A stretch of DNA of 64,000 bases, from NCBI RefSeq assembly GCF_004010195.1, contig NC_057711.1:53285750-53349749 (forward strand), in the 5' to 3' direction. The translations under genes were made by a program, and so were the position numbers. This DNA is from Chiloscyllium plagiosum (lineage: Eukaryota). The notes beneath the pieces are model-generated. The model was not told the origin of the DNA. It searched no databases and was given only the letters and a program-made list of their open reading frames with translations. Position 1 is the first letter of the stretch, and each line of letters begins with the position of its first letter. Below are positions 1 through 12,917 of this stretch, piece by piece.

Positions 1-614
1 GCTTTCTTTTATTAGTCAGAGTATTGAGTACAGGAGTTGGGAGGTCATGTTGCGGCTGTACAGGACATTGGTTAGGCCACTATTGGAATATTATGTGCAA
101 TTCTGGTCTCCTTCCTATCGGAAAGATGTTGTGAAACTTGAAAGGGTTCAGAAAATATTTACAAGGGTGTTGCCAGAGTTGGAGGATTTGAGCTATAGGG
201 AGAGGGCTGTTTTTCCAGGAGTGTCAGAGGCTGAGGGGTGACCTTATAGAGGTTTATAAAAACATGAGGGGCATGGATAGGATAAATAGACAAATTCTTT
301 TCCCTGGAGTGGGGGAGTTCAGAACTAGAGGGCATAGGTTTATGGTGAGAGGGAAAAGATACAAAAGATACCTAAGGGGCAAGTTTTTCACTCAGAGGGT
401 GGTACATGTATGGAATGAGCTGCTAGAGGAAGTGGTGGAGGCTCGTACATTTAAAAGTCATCAGGATGGGTATATGAATAGGAATGGTTTGGCGGGATGT
501 GGGCCAGGTGCTGGCAGGTGGGACTAGATTGAGTTAGGATATCTGGTCAGCATGGACGAGTTGGACTGAAGGGTCTGTTTCTGTGCTGTACATCTCTACG
601 ATTCTATGACTCTA
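1..614 (+). mobile_element. CR1 LINE 3' fragment
   Basis: LYRTLVRPLLEYYVQFWSP and RGKFFTQRVV peptides; tail ending ctctacgattctatgactct. Confidence 0.92.
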
Positions 615-624
615 ATGCTTTTTA

Positions 625-780
625 GCGAAAGCAATCTGCCATCCATTCCTGGTCTGATCTACATATGATACTTAACTGTCCTATGAAATTGTCTACAAAC
701 CAGTTAATTTAAGGGCAGTTCAGGAGGGCAACAAATACTAGGCTTGCCAGCAAGACCCATATTCTATAAGGAAAAAAAAG
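625..780 (+). mobile_element. Degenerate SINE/LINE 3' tail (gggcaataaatgctggc family)
   Basis: Similar to tails at 24540-24600 and 33780-33845; ends in an A-run. Confidence 0.55.
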
Positions 781-1394
781 GGGATACTTTAATGTCTAAT
801 TTTCAATACTGCTGTTTGCATAAGCTTCTTTTATCCACTAGCCAAGGTATGCTAATGCATCTGAACATGAACATAGTGCTGGTTAATTAGTAGCCAATTA
901 CTTTCTAAGGACAGAGACCTGTGATCAATCATAATTTAATCATGTGTTTAGTGTAATCATATGGCATTTGAAGTTGGCAACAACTTAGAAATGTAGTTAT
1001 CAAAAAACTGCCAACTCCACAAAAGGTTTCCCCCTAAGGTTTAGGAACTGACTATCCTGATGTATTTCAGGAGGTGTCAGGATCTCCTCCTTCTTGCTGG
1101 AAATGTTATTCCCAGGTAAATTTAAAATTGAGGCAACCATTTTAAAGGTTGAACTCTGTGTTACTTTGAGTGTACTTCAGTATGCGACACCTCACATTTC
1201 CTGTCAGGGCCAAAATGGTAACTGGCAGGAATCAGCTTGGAAATCTCAATTTGTAGTTTCTCACCTGCATTTTCATTCCTGGATATGGGTTTGGGGAGCA
1301 TATGATCATAGGAACAAGAGTAAATCATTCAGCTAGTCAAGCGTACTCTACAATTCATCACGATCATGGCTGATCAAACATTTCAGTGCATTTG

Positions 1395-4300
1395 ACAAAG
1401 AACAAAGAAAATTACAGCACAGGAACAAGCCCTTTGGCCCTCTAAGAGTGTGCCAATCCAGATCCTCTATTAAAACCAATGACCTACTTTCCAAGGATCT
1501 GCATCCCTCTGCTCCTTGCCCATTCATGTCTGTCCAGATACATCTTAAATGATGCTATGGTGCCTGCCTCTACCACCTCTGCTGGCAATGCATTCCAGGT
1601 ACCCATCTCACTCTGCGTAAAGAACTTTCCACTCATATTTCCCTTAAACGTTTCCACTCTCACCTTGAACTCATGACCCCTAGTAATTGAATCCCCCACT
1701 CTGGTTAAAAATGCTTCTTGCTATCCACTTTGTCTATACCTGTCATGATTTTATAGACCTCAATCAGGTTTCCTCTCAACCTCCGTCTTTCTAATTAAAA
1801 TTATCCTAATCTACTCAACCCCTCCTCATAAATCGTGCCCTCCATATCAGGTAACATCCTGGTGAACCACCTCTGCACCCTCTCCAATGCATCCACATCC
1901 TTCTGGTAATGTGGCAACCAGAACTGAACGCAGTATTCCAAATGTCGCTGACCCAAAGTCCTATAAAAGTGTAACATGACCTGCCAGCTTTTGTACTGAA
2001 TACCCTAACCGATGAAGGAAAGCATGCCGTATGTTTTCTTGACCACTCTATTGATCTGCGTTGCCACCTTCAGGGTACAATGGACCTGAACACCCAGATC
2101 TCTGTATATCAATTTTCCCCAGGGCTTTTCCATTTATTGCATAGTTCGCTCAAGAATTGGATCTTCCAAAATGCATCACCATCTGGATTAAACTCCATCT
2201 GCCATTTCTCCACCCAACTCTCCAATCTATCTATATTCTGCTCCATTTTCAGAAACTCCCTTTCACTACTACTCTCTGTCTCCTGTTGCCTTGCCAGTTC
2301 TCTATCCATCTAGCTAGTTCCCCATGTGACTTCACTTTCTCCATCAGCCTACTTTGGGGAACCTTATCAAACGCCTTCCTGAAGTCCATGTATATGACAT
2401 CTACAGCCCTTCCCTAATAAATTAATTTTGTCACTTCCTCAAAGAATTCTATTAAGTTGGTAAGACATGACCTTCCCTGCACAAAACCATGCTACCTATC
2501 ATTGATAAGACCATTTTCTTCCAAATGTAAATAGATTCTATCCCTCAGTATCTTCTCCAGCAGCTTCCCCACCACTGATGTCAGGCTCACTGGTCTATAA
2601 TTAGCTGGATTACTAACCCTTCTTAAACAAAGGGACAACATTAGCAGTTCTTCGGGACCTCACCTGTATTCAAGGATGCTGCAAAGATAGCTGTTATGAT
2701 CCCAGCTATTTGCTCTCCCGCTTCCCTCAGTAACCTGGGATCGATCCCATCCTGACCTGGGAACTTGTCTATTTAATGCCTTTTAGAATACCCAACTCCA
2801 TCCTCATGCCTACTTGACCTAGAGTAATCAAACATCTATCCCTAACCTCAACATCCATCATGTCCCTCTCCTCGGTGACTACCGACACAAAGTACTCATT
2901 AAGAATTTCACTCATTTTCTCTGACTTCACACATAACTTTCCTCCTTTGTCCTTGAGTGAACCAACTCTTTCTCTAGTTATCCTCTTTCTCCTTATATAT
3001 GAATAAAAGGCTTTGGGATTTTCCTTAACCTTGTTTGCTAAAGATATCCCATGACCTCTTTTAGCCCTCTTAATTCCTTGTTTCAGATTGATCCTACTTT
3101 CCCAATATTCTGCCAAAGCTTCATCTGTTTTCAGTCGCCTAGACTTTATGTATGCTTCCTTTTTCCTCTTAGCTTTTCTCACTATTTCACCTGATATCCA
3201 TGGTTCCCTAATCTTGCCATTCCTAACCCTCATTTTCACACGGACATGTCTGTCCTGCACTCTAATCAACCTCTGTTTAAAAGTCTCCCACATATCAAAT
3301 GTGGATTCACCCTCAAACAGCTGCTCCCAATCCACATTCCCCAGCTCCAGCTGAATTTTGGTCGAGTTGGCCTTCCCCCAGTTTCGCACTCTTCCTTTTG
3401 GACCATGCTTGTCTTTGTCAATGAGTGTTCTAAAACTTGGGAATTGTGATGACTAGACCCAAAGTAATCCCTAACTGAAATTTCAGCCACCTGGCCAGGT
3501 TCATTCCTCAACACCAGATCCAGTATAGCCCTTTTCCGAGTTGGACCATTTACATACTGCACTACCAAACCCTCCTGGATGCTCCTAACAACTTCTACTT
3601 CATCTAAACCTTTAGCACTAAGTGAATCCCAGTCAGTGTTGGGAAAATTAAAATCTCTCATCACCACCACCCTGTTGTTCCTACATCTTTCCATAATCTG
3701 TTTACATTTTTGTACCTCTATATCACACTCACTATTGGGAGGCCTGTCGTACAGTCCCAACATTGTTACCGCACCCTTCCTATTTTTGAGCTCTGCCCAT
3801 ATTGCCTCACTGCTCGAGTCCTCCATAGTGCCCTCCTTCAGCATATCTGTGATATACTCTCTAACCGGTAATGCAACTCCTCCACCCCTTTCACCTCCCT
3901 CTCTATCCCACTTGAAACATCTATATTTTCAGATATTTATTTGCTAATCTTGCCCTTCCCTCAACCAAGTCTCAGTAATAGCAATAACATCATACACCCA
4001 GGTACTAATCGAAGCCCTAAGTTCATCTGCTTTACCTACTACTCTTCTTGCATTAAAACAAATGCACTTCAGACCACCTGTCACTTTGCATTCATTATCT
4101 GCTCCCTGCCTCCTCTTCCACTTAGTAACGCTGACTTCATTATCTAGTTCCTTATAGGCTTTAGTTACTGCTTCCTTACTATTCACTAGCATCCTCATTT
4201 GGTTCCCATTCCCCTGCTACATTAGTTTAAACTCTCCCCAACCGTGTTAGCAAAAGCACCCCCTATGACATTGGTTCCAGTCCTGACCAAGTGTAGACTG

Positions 4301-5250
4301 TCCAATTTGTAATAGTCCAAACCTCCCCAGAACTGGTCCCAATGCCCAAAAATCTAAAAGCCTCCCTCCTGAAACATCTCTAAAGCCACTCATTGATCCT
4401 GCCTATTCTTTAATTTCTACTCTGACTAGCATATGGCACTGGCAGCAATCCTGAGTTTACTACCTCAGAGGTTCTACTTTTTAACTTGACTCCTAACTCC
4501 CTAAATTCTGCTTATAGGACCTCATCCCATTTATTATCAATATCATTAGTGCCTATATGCATCACGACAGCTGGCTGTTCACCCTCCTGCTTCAGAATGT
4601 CCTGCAGCCGATCTGATTCCTCCCTGACCCATGCACCTGGGAGACAACATACCATTCAGGAGTCTCGTTTTGACCACAGAGCCACCTAAATACTCTCCTT
4701 ACAATTGAATCCCCTATGATTATAGCCCTTCCACTCTTTTTCCCACCCTCTGTATTGCAGAGCCAGCCACAGTGCCATGAACCTGGCTACTGCTGCCTTC
4801 CCCTGGTATGCCCGTCTCCCCCAAGAGTATCCAGAATGGTATACCTGTTTTGGAGGAAGATGAGTGCAGGAGACACCTGCACTGTCTTCCAGCTCTTTCT
4901 CTGCCATTTGGTCACCCATTCCCTTTCTCTCTCAGCAATCCTAAACTGCGGTGTGACCAATTCACTAAATGTGCTATCCATGACCTTCTCAGAACCACAG
5001 ATGCTCCAAAGTGAGTCCATCCACAGCTCCAAAGCTGTCATGCCGTCGAACAAGAGCTGCAGCTGGACACACTTCCTGTACGTGAAGGGGCCAGGGATAT
5101 TAGCTACGTCCCTGAGCTCCCACATTGAGCCACTGCCCAAATATATTGGTTCATTCTCTTTCCCAGAGCGCAATTCAATCACTTCCACTCAGCTCCTCAC
5201 TCTCACTGCTCCCACTGCTGCTGTAAATTAGAGGCCACTGATTCCACAAG
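1395..5250 (-). mobile_element. Near full-length degenerate CR1 (ORF1 zinc-finger/esterase + ORF2 APE-RT), nested in an older CR1 tail (1300-1394 and about 5310-5625)
   Basis: ORF1 remnants (RKCVQLQLL, IIIGDSIVR); APE motifs (CFNAR, AITETWL, DFNFP, AILDLVL); NPKAFYSY; (tctttgt)n tail; many frameshifts. Confidence 0.92.
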
Positions 5251-5936
5251 GTAAGTATTTCAATGGGAAAAATACTTTTCTGGCACATTATCTAAGTAAC
5301 CGTTTATGTCATTGACAGTCAAAAAAATGTATCGACCTCTAACTTAAATATATTCAAAGACTGTGCTTCCACAATTCTCTGGGATACAGAATTCCAAAGA
5401 TTCACCATTCTCTGAGTAAAATATTTCCCTTCATCTTCATCCTAAATGGCAATTCCCTTATTTTTAAGTTCTGCCCCCTGTTTCTAGACTTCAGATGCTT
5501 GGGGAGATATCTTCCCTGCAAATATCCTGTCTATCCATTTAATCCATTTTGTATGGTTCAATGACATCATTTATCATTCTTTAAAACTCTTTGAATACAG
5601 GCTCAGTTTGGCCAATTTCCCATGTCAGGAGGGGAATTCGGCCCCAAACTAGGCCTAGGATTGGTATGAAGCTGGTGTTTAGGACTCTATAATGGTGGAT
5701 GGCAGGCAAGTTCTCAAGCGATGCAGCAATCATATTGAGATGAGCATTTGAGCTGTGCACATAAAACATAAATAAGCTGTTTCAATATACAACTAAGGAC
5801 ACATGCTTTTTGAGGATGGCATTAGCAAAGTTTATTTGTAACTGACCACAGTCTGCACCTTGCATTCTCCAATCAGTCTACTTTGGTGCTAGGCCACCAA
5901 ACCAACATTCTTTGAAGACACTGTTGAAGACTGACA

Positions 5937-6850
5937 CCATAAGACCACAAGGCATAGGAGAAGAGATAGGCCATTCGGCCCATGGGGTCTGCTCCATCAT
6001 GCAACCATGTCTGACCATGTTTCTCAACCCTATTCTTCTGTCATCTCCCTATAACCTTTTATCCCCTTAGCAAACAAGGATAATATCTATCTCTGTCATA
6101 AATACAATGCCATGGCTTCCAAGTCCTGAGCGGCAATTCACCACTCACTAGCTGAATAAATTCCTCCTTAGCTCAGTTCCAAAGGGTCATACTTTCCCAC
6201 TGAAGCTGCTCAGGCCCTAGTCTCTCCTACTAGTGGAAACACCTTCCCCTCATCTACAGTAACCAGGTCACTCAGTATTTTGTAAGATTCAATGAGAACT
6301 CATTCATCCTTCAAAATGCTGAGAACAAACCCAGAGTCCTCAACCACTTTTCAAATGGATAATCTTTGTAAACCTCTTCTGGATGCCTTCCAATGCCAGC
6401 ACAGCCTTCCTTAGATATGGAGTCCCAAGCTGCTCATAATATTCCAAATGCTGTCTAGCCAGAGCCTTATACAGTCTCAGCAGGATATCTCTTCTAGCCC
6501 TCTTCAAATAAATGCTAACATTGCATTTGCCTTTCTAACTGCCAACTGAACCTGCATGTTAACCTTAAGAGAATCCTGAACTAGGACTCCCATGTTCATA
6601 GTTGGCCTTACTCAATTGTAAAAACCGATACCAGCTTCTTCCTCTAAGACTGCATGGTGAATTCTGACATATTATGGTCACTGCCACAAGGGGAACTATC
6701 ACGTTAATCTTGGTAATCAATTCTGTCTCATTACACATCATCAAATCCAGAATTGTTTGTACCACAAGCTGCTCCCAAAAACCATCTTGTAGACATTCCA
6801 CAAATTCCTTTTCTTGAAATGTGCTACCAATCTGATATTCCCACGAATCA
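5937..6850 (-). mobile_element. Old, internally deleted CR1
   Basis: CR1 3' UTR pattern and EFVECLQDGF...ILDL endonuclease remnant. Confidence 0.75.
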
Positions 6851-7170
6851 ACCAACTCTTGCTTCAGCTGTGATAACTATGAACCACAATGGGGTCCACC
6901 AACTTCCACACCATGCAGTTACACACATTGCCTGGCCTGGCATCTCTATTTTAATTATTTTTTTCTTACTTTGATATTTGAAAGTTTCTCACTGGTCTCT
7001 TAGTTTGCACCCTGTAAATATTTTACTTATTTACCTTCAGTCTAAAAGTAACCTCTCATAGGTAGTCAAATTAGTTACCATCACCAACCAGTGAACATAC
7101 AGTTTACACAGTGATGTCACTGTTTTGTGCTGGGCCCCTGACCCTGGGCTTGTTATCCTGTTTAATAGAA

Positions 7171-7459
7171 GGTGGTGTTGATGGTAGCCATGAGGTGCCG
7201 GTATTGGACTGGGGTGGACAAAGTTAAAAATCAGGGCTTTTGCCCAAAACGTCGATTTTCCTGCTCCACGGATGCTGCCTGACCTGCTATGCTTTTCCAG
7301 CACCACTCTGATCTAAACTCTGGTTTCCAGCATCTGCAGTCCTCACTTTTGCAAAGTTAAAAATCACACAACACCAGCTTATAGTCCAACAGGTTTATTT
7401 GGTATACTTCCAAATAAACTTGTTGGACTATATTACCTGGTGCTATGTGATTTTTAACT
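7171..7459. mobile_element. Fold-back Penelope-type terminal element with a second PLE-family fragment nested at 7234-7351
   Basis: Outer duplication ctgtttaatagaa (7158-7170/7460-7472); inner duplication caaagttaaaaatca (7219-7233/7352-7366); inverted arms. Confidence 0.8.
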
Positions 7460-7767
7460 CTGTTTAATAGAAACCTTGTAAACCAAGAGCCAAAAACAAA
7501 AGCAAAAAATCATTACTTCCCCTCTGCTCCAAATTCTCATGCTGCCTCTCAATCACCAAATTATATACTCACTCAGGCTGTGTCAAACTCTGGATATGGT
7601 CTCTCCTTCCCGATAGTGTGAAACTTACTGAATTCTAAGTTCCTCCAGTCCAGCTGTTGGATACTTCAGCACTTGCACTACATCTGAATTGGAGTGGAAT
7701 CCACATTCTAGTTCAGGATCACAAACAAAAGTCTTTGCCACTTTTGTAAATTGAAGATCACTGACTA

Positions 7768-8160
7768 GGGCGGCACTGCTGCTTTACACCAAGTTTGAAT
7801 CCACCTTAGGGCAATTGTCTGTGAAGAAGTTTGCACATTCTCCACATGCTCGGGTTTCCTCCAGGTGCTGGGTTTCCTCCCACAATCCAAAGACGTGCAG
7901 GTTGGGTGAATCAGCTATGCTAAATTGTCTATAGTGGTCCAGGGGTGTGCAGGTTGGGTGGATCAGCCATGCTAAATTGCCTATAGTGGTCCAGGGGTGT
8001 GCAGGTTGGGTGGATCAGCCATGGGGAATGGAGGATTACAGGGATAGGGTGGGATGGGGACGGGGATGGGTCAGGATGAAGTGCTCTTTGGAGGATCAAT
8101 ATATACTCAATGGGCTAAAAGGCCTGCATCATACTGTAGAGATTCGATGATTCTATGACT
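7768..8160 (+). mobile_element. HE1-type tRNA V-SINE, degenerate, with internal 52-bp tandem duplication
   Basis: gggcggcac head, ggtttcctcccacaatccaaaga core, as in 60382-60696. Confidence 0.8.
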
Positions 8161-8338
8161 TGAAACTCTCTGGAATTTGGAAATCTCACACATTAATCCC
8201 TAAATTGTGAATCACCAGAAGTTTGTTATCCTTCAAATATAACTAAACACATTCCGAAGACGTCTACAGTCTGACATATAACTGTTTCCTGAGTTTGCAA
8301 ACACATAACTTTAATGTGTGAATCTTGTATTCTGACAG

Positions 8339-8459
8339 GTGTCGATATATGCTGCGCCAGATAAGTGGAGTCAGACACATTATGCACTGGAGGCTGCCGT
8401 GAAACTCTTGGAGTTTTATGAACATTACTTCAATATCTACTACCCACTTCCAAAGCAGG
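8339..8459 (+). CDS. ERAP2: ERAP2-like M1 aminopeptidase, exon equivalent to human exon 5 ([40 protein letters not shown])
   Basis: tgacag acceptor, G|gtaaat donor, 121 nt; YPLPKQD typical of ERAP-type M1 peptidases. Confidence 0.93.
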
Positions 8460-8998
8460 GTAAATCAAACATTGGGTTTCAGTATAGATATGAAGTAAAA
8501 TATATTATACAATAAGGTCATGCAAGTTGTAAAGTGTGGGAAAATTGATTGGAAAAGGGCTGAGAGAAATGGGGGGTACTAATCTCATAGGAGTAGAGTA
8601 GGTAGAGAGAGAGAGAGACTGTGAAAGAAGAGGTGAAGAATAGAGATTATGGGGGAGGGGAATTGGACAGGCTGAAAATCTAGCAGGTGATAGGTGTGGA
8701 GTGGATTTCTTTTGGTTTCTGATCCCTTCACTGAATACAGTCTGAAGTACTTAATTGTCTGTTAAGTGCTTTGGGACTTCCTAAAATTAGGCAAAATATG
8801 ACCAAACAGCAAATTCTTTATTTCAGTGAATTAGTTCAGTGAGCAATGTTTTGAATTAAGTGATGCCAAAATAAATGTAAATTGTTGAATCTAAATTCTC
8901 TTTCAGGTCTTATACTGTGACATTGTAATTGTTATTGATACGATAAATGATTGAGAAAGCACATTAAGAAGTAATACAATGAGAAATTTATTTTTTAG

Positions 8999-9153
8999 AT
9001 TTAGTTGCAATTCCAGACTTTCAGTCAGGAGCCATGGAGAACTGGGGTTTAACGACTTACAGGGAAACATCTCTACTGTATCACCCTGAAACGTCCTCTG
9101 CATCAGATAAACTGTGGATTACCATGGTGATAGGTCATGAACTGGCTCACCAG
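8999..9153 (+). CDS. ERAP2: ERAP2-like exon 6: [23 protein letters not shown]...HELAHQ (GAMEN and HExxH motifs)
   Basis: ttttag acceptor, CAG|gtactg donor, 155 nt, phase-compatible with neighbours. Confidence 0.96.
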
Positions 9154-9544
9154 GTACTGTCTGTCTCTTATAATGTACATTTTACTTTGGCCTGTATCCA
9201 GATTCATGAGTCTCTTGCATGTTAGTTGACTTTATACTCCTAATTAACAAAGACCTGTGCCTCGTGCATAATGGTTGATAAAAGTCATTGTGTAAATGGA
9301 ACTACAGCTCCATTATAAATATTAATTATCTGTTAATCAAAATCAACAACAGGCTCATGTGAAAGACTATTGGTTTAGACCACAGCTTTACTATCCACTG
9401 GTTCAGGTTTCATCCACTATTTTGGCATTAAACATGTAAAACGTGTTCCAGGAAGGTACTTACAAAAATGATGAACTGGTTTCATGTAAAAAGTTCAGAT
9501 TTGACACCATCTTTGTTATGTTATTAAATGTACTTTATTTGTGG

Positions 9545-9930
9545 TCATAGCTTTCTTGATAGCATTTGTACCTCTGACCCAGATATTTGAGTTCAATTCC
9601 CACACTAGTACTTGAACACACAAATCTAGGCTTGCATTCCAGTGCAATTCTGATTGAATACTGAACTTCGGGCATATTATCTTTTCAGTTGAGATGTCAA
9701 TCTGAGGCCTTGTCTGCCCTGTCAGGTAAAGGTCCCATGGCATTATTTTAAAGGAGAGTAGGCAAGCTTTCCCCATTGTCTGGGCTTCTGTTGATGTCCA
9801 GGCCTTACCACAATGTATTATTTGGTATTATCACCTAGCAATTTGTGGAAACTTTCACAGTGCAAAATATATTTTCCACATTGCAACAGTTACTTCACTT
9901 CAGAAGTATTTCATGAGCTTTTATGTGACC
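9545..9930 (+). mobile_element. DeuSINE (SacSINE1/AmnSINE-like), degenerate
   Basis: B-box-like gagttcaattccc, then tcttttcagttgagatg...tgtctgccc...cccatggca core recalled from the Deu domain. Confidence 0.65.
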
Positions 9931-12232
9931 TATCCTTATTAAAGTTATCATATGCGTTCAAGTTTTTCTTTATATCTTACAGTCTGAATATTTTAAGCAT
10001 TTTTAAGATCATTCTCCTCTAATTTATTTTTATATATCTGTTGTAATATGAGATAATTCCCAGTCTTCTGAAAGTACTAGATTTGTAGAATCTCTTTACA
10101 TTTACTAGCTAAATGAATGGTAAAACCACTATTTTCTAACCAGACAATAGGGTTGCTCTCCTATTAGTGAGAGACAACTAGTGATGGCAGTCACTGTGTG
10201 TTCTGTTGGATCTATTTCTCCAAGGCCACCCAATGCAGCCAAGTACTTGCATGTTGGAGCTACCACACTAATGAGAACATAGACAGATCACTCCATCTTT
10301 TACTCTAGCCTACTGAAGGTCTCTGACAGGTCTGCGTGATGTCCCTCTGCCTCTCCCTGCAGTTTAACCTGGTCACATATGGCTGAGACCAGAGGCACGA
10401 CTTCTACAAGGGGCTGAGAGGGAGCCAGTCTCCAGCAGGACCCAAGTGTCAAAGTCATCTAGTGTTTCTCCCTCTGCCAACTGTGGGCATCTGTCAATGA
10501 GAAGGAAAAGCACTGGAGAGGAAGGGTCAGTACTTGAGAGCTGGATGGAAGCTCTTGAGTGCACATCATACTTGCAATGCTAAATCTTGCAAGCTATGAC
10601 ACTTTGCGAGGTATCTGTGCACTGGCAGAGTTGGATTGAGGAGGAGGATGCAGCAGCACTGAACTGGATTATGATCTTGGACCACACTGGATGAGTCCGA
10701 TGAGAGAGCCTACTAGTTGGGTAACCCAGGAAAAGGATCTGCCTTCTACTTGTGACCCCACCCAGCATCAGCAGGAGGGCAGCATTGGAGAACCTAGGAG
10801 CTAGTTTGGAATTCTTAAGGGGATTCTTTAGGATTCTAGGGGCAGGCACCACAGGGCAAGCTCAGGTTTGCAGTGAGTGAAGTACTGTCCAACTGGCATT
10901 TAGGCATGGCACCAGAACCTTCAATCATTGAAGGTCCCATCAGTGACAAGAACTTTCAGCTTGCTCAAACATAATGCATCAAATGATTTATGCTACATCT
11001 CACTTGTGTAGGTGATGAGCTGAGAAGCATGTGATTGCAGAAAATAACATATTCCATGCATTAAGGGATATGAAGACATCCATTGCACTTAATTTCATAC
11101 ATTCCTTTAAAAATGTAACATTTAGGCATATGGCCCAAGCAATAACTCTGACGTAGGAAGAGAGGAGGGGAAAGAATCCCAGAAGTAAGGATTTTTACTG
11201 AATTTTAAACAAACTCATGTTGAAATATTTTCAACAATTTTCATGTTAACGGTCATCCATAGTAGTAGGCTGCTTCTGTGTAGGGTACATAAACAGTCAG
11301 GATGTAAATTAGTTAGTTTTCGATAAGGAGGTCAAATAGAACTTGGAATCTTTGGGGTTTGAACTGGTGGGAGGGACGGGGGAGACATCAGGATCTTCAA
11401 GATTTGGGTCACAAGGTTGTGGAGAGAATGGAGTATTAGGTTTGGGTTTGTGGGGTTGGGAAGTGACTTGGCTTTTAAGTTTTGAAAGAGGTTGGGGGTC
11501 TGTTGGGTTTGAATTGGTGGGGCTGGGAGTTGGAGAGAAAACAGCATCTTTAGGGTTAGCTTATAAGGGAGAGTGGGGAGGTGAACAGGAGAGTTCAGTT
11601 AATTGCTGGAGAAACATTCCTACTCCCTGGCCCACAAGCAGTGCAATAAAATCAGTTAGATGATAGATTGTGAGCTTCATGCCTCCTTCCACCTGCTGGG
11701 TTTCCCAAATGCTTAGGAATCCTGGCATTCAGCTGCTAAAAATAAAGAAAGAATTAAAATGGAGACTAGTAGCCTCCTTAAAATATTTAGTTACCAGAGT
11801 GGATTGCTCATGAACTCCTGTCATCAATCCAACTAACTTCCTTAAAAACAAGTAGAAGGAATGGGATCAGGTTTCTCAGATGTTGTTTAATAAAGATGCA
11901 GCATATTTAAAGTTGCCTAGCTATAGAATATAGATTCGGTGGTCCCTGTTTGAATCAAAATGTGATGACATTTCTGTGAGCCCTTCACTTTAAGGAAACC
12001 ATTTTCAAATTAGAGCCTGTATTTGATTATGCCATAACCATTATCAGATGGGTATATAGTCCTGAAAAAAACCATTGTATTTCACTTCTGAAACTAGAAA
12101 AGGGATGATAGAAATATTAGTGAATATCTATCTTTCCAGTGGAGATTTTCAGGAAATCATTTCAATAATTATTGAATTCAAAATGACAAAAAAGTTCATT
12201 GGATCCCTAATGAATATCATATTTTTCTTTAG

Positions 12233-12346
12233 TGGTTTGGTAACTTGGTAACCATGGAGTGGTGGAATGACATCTGGCTGAATGAAGGATTTGCCAGGTA
12301 CATGGAGTTTGTCTCTGTCGATTCCACTTATCCAGAGCTACAAGTT
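12233..12346 (+). CDS. ERAP2: ERAP2-like exon 7: [38 protein letters not shown] (third Zn ligand Glu)
   Basis: ctttag acceptor, gtgagt donor, 114 nt; completes HExxH-x18-E. Confidence 0.96.
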
Positions 12347-12457
12347 GTGAGTAAACGTTTCTAGCTCTTGGTTTGTGAGTAAACCTTTCTCACTATTGGT
12401 GACTTCATTGCAGGATATATAACTCTGTTTAATTCTTTTAATACTTCCTCTTTACAG

Positions 12458-12589
12458 GATGATTATTTTTTGAACACATGTTTTGGAGCAATGGGAAGAG
12501 ATTCAATGAATTCATCACGCCCCATATCCACACCTGCAGAAAATCCAACTCAGATAAAGGAAATGTTTGATACTGTCTCTTATGATAAG
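12458..12589 (+). CDS. ERAP2: ERAP2-like exon 8: [44 protein letters not shown] (catalytic Tyr)
   Basis: ttacag acceptor, AAG|gtattt donor, 132 nt. Confidence 0.95.
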
Positions 12590-12744
12590 GTATTTGTGGC
12601 ACTTACTTGAATGTGTTGTTTAATGTCACAGACTTTGAAACAATGTTGGCTTATTGCTGTTCTTTGTTAACATTATTAATTGTTGACGGTGAAGTTAACA
12701 TTCTCACAGACATTGTTGGATAGATGTGCACTAAATCCTACATA

Positions 12745-12917
12745 TGGTACAACTTCAACATTTAAGAGGCATTTGGATGGGTATATGAATAGGAAGGGTT
12801 TTGGAGGGATATGGGCCGGGTGCTGGCAGGTGGGACTAGATTGGGTTGGGATATCTGGTCAGCATGGTCGGGTTGGACCGAAGGGTCTGTTTCCATACTG
12901 TACATCTCTATGACTCT
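12745..12917 (+). mobile_element. CR1 3' tail
   Basis: Close match to 445-614 and 15290-15455. Confidence 0.9.

Noticed and set aside
1-8338. Search for upstream ERAP exons (MSTYLVA exon and earlier)
   Set aside because: Not found; presumably upstream of the window, so the N-terminal S1 specificity residue cannot be assessed
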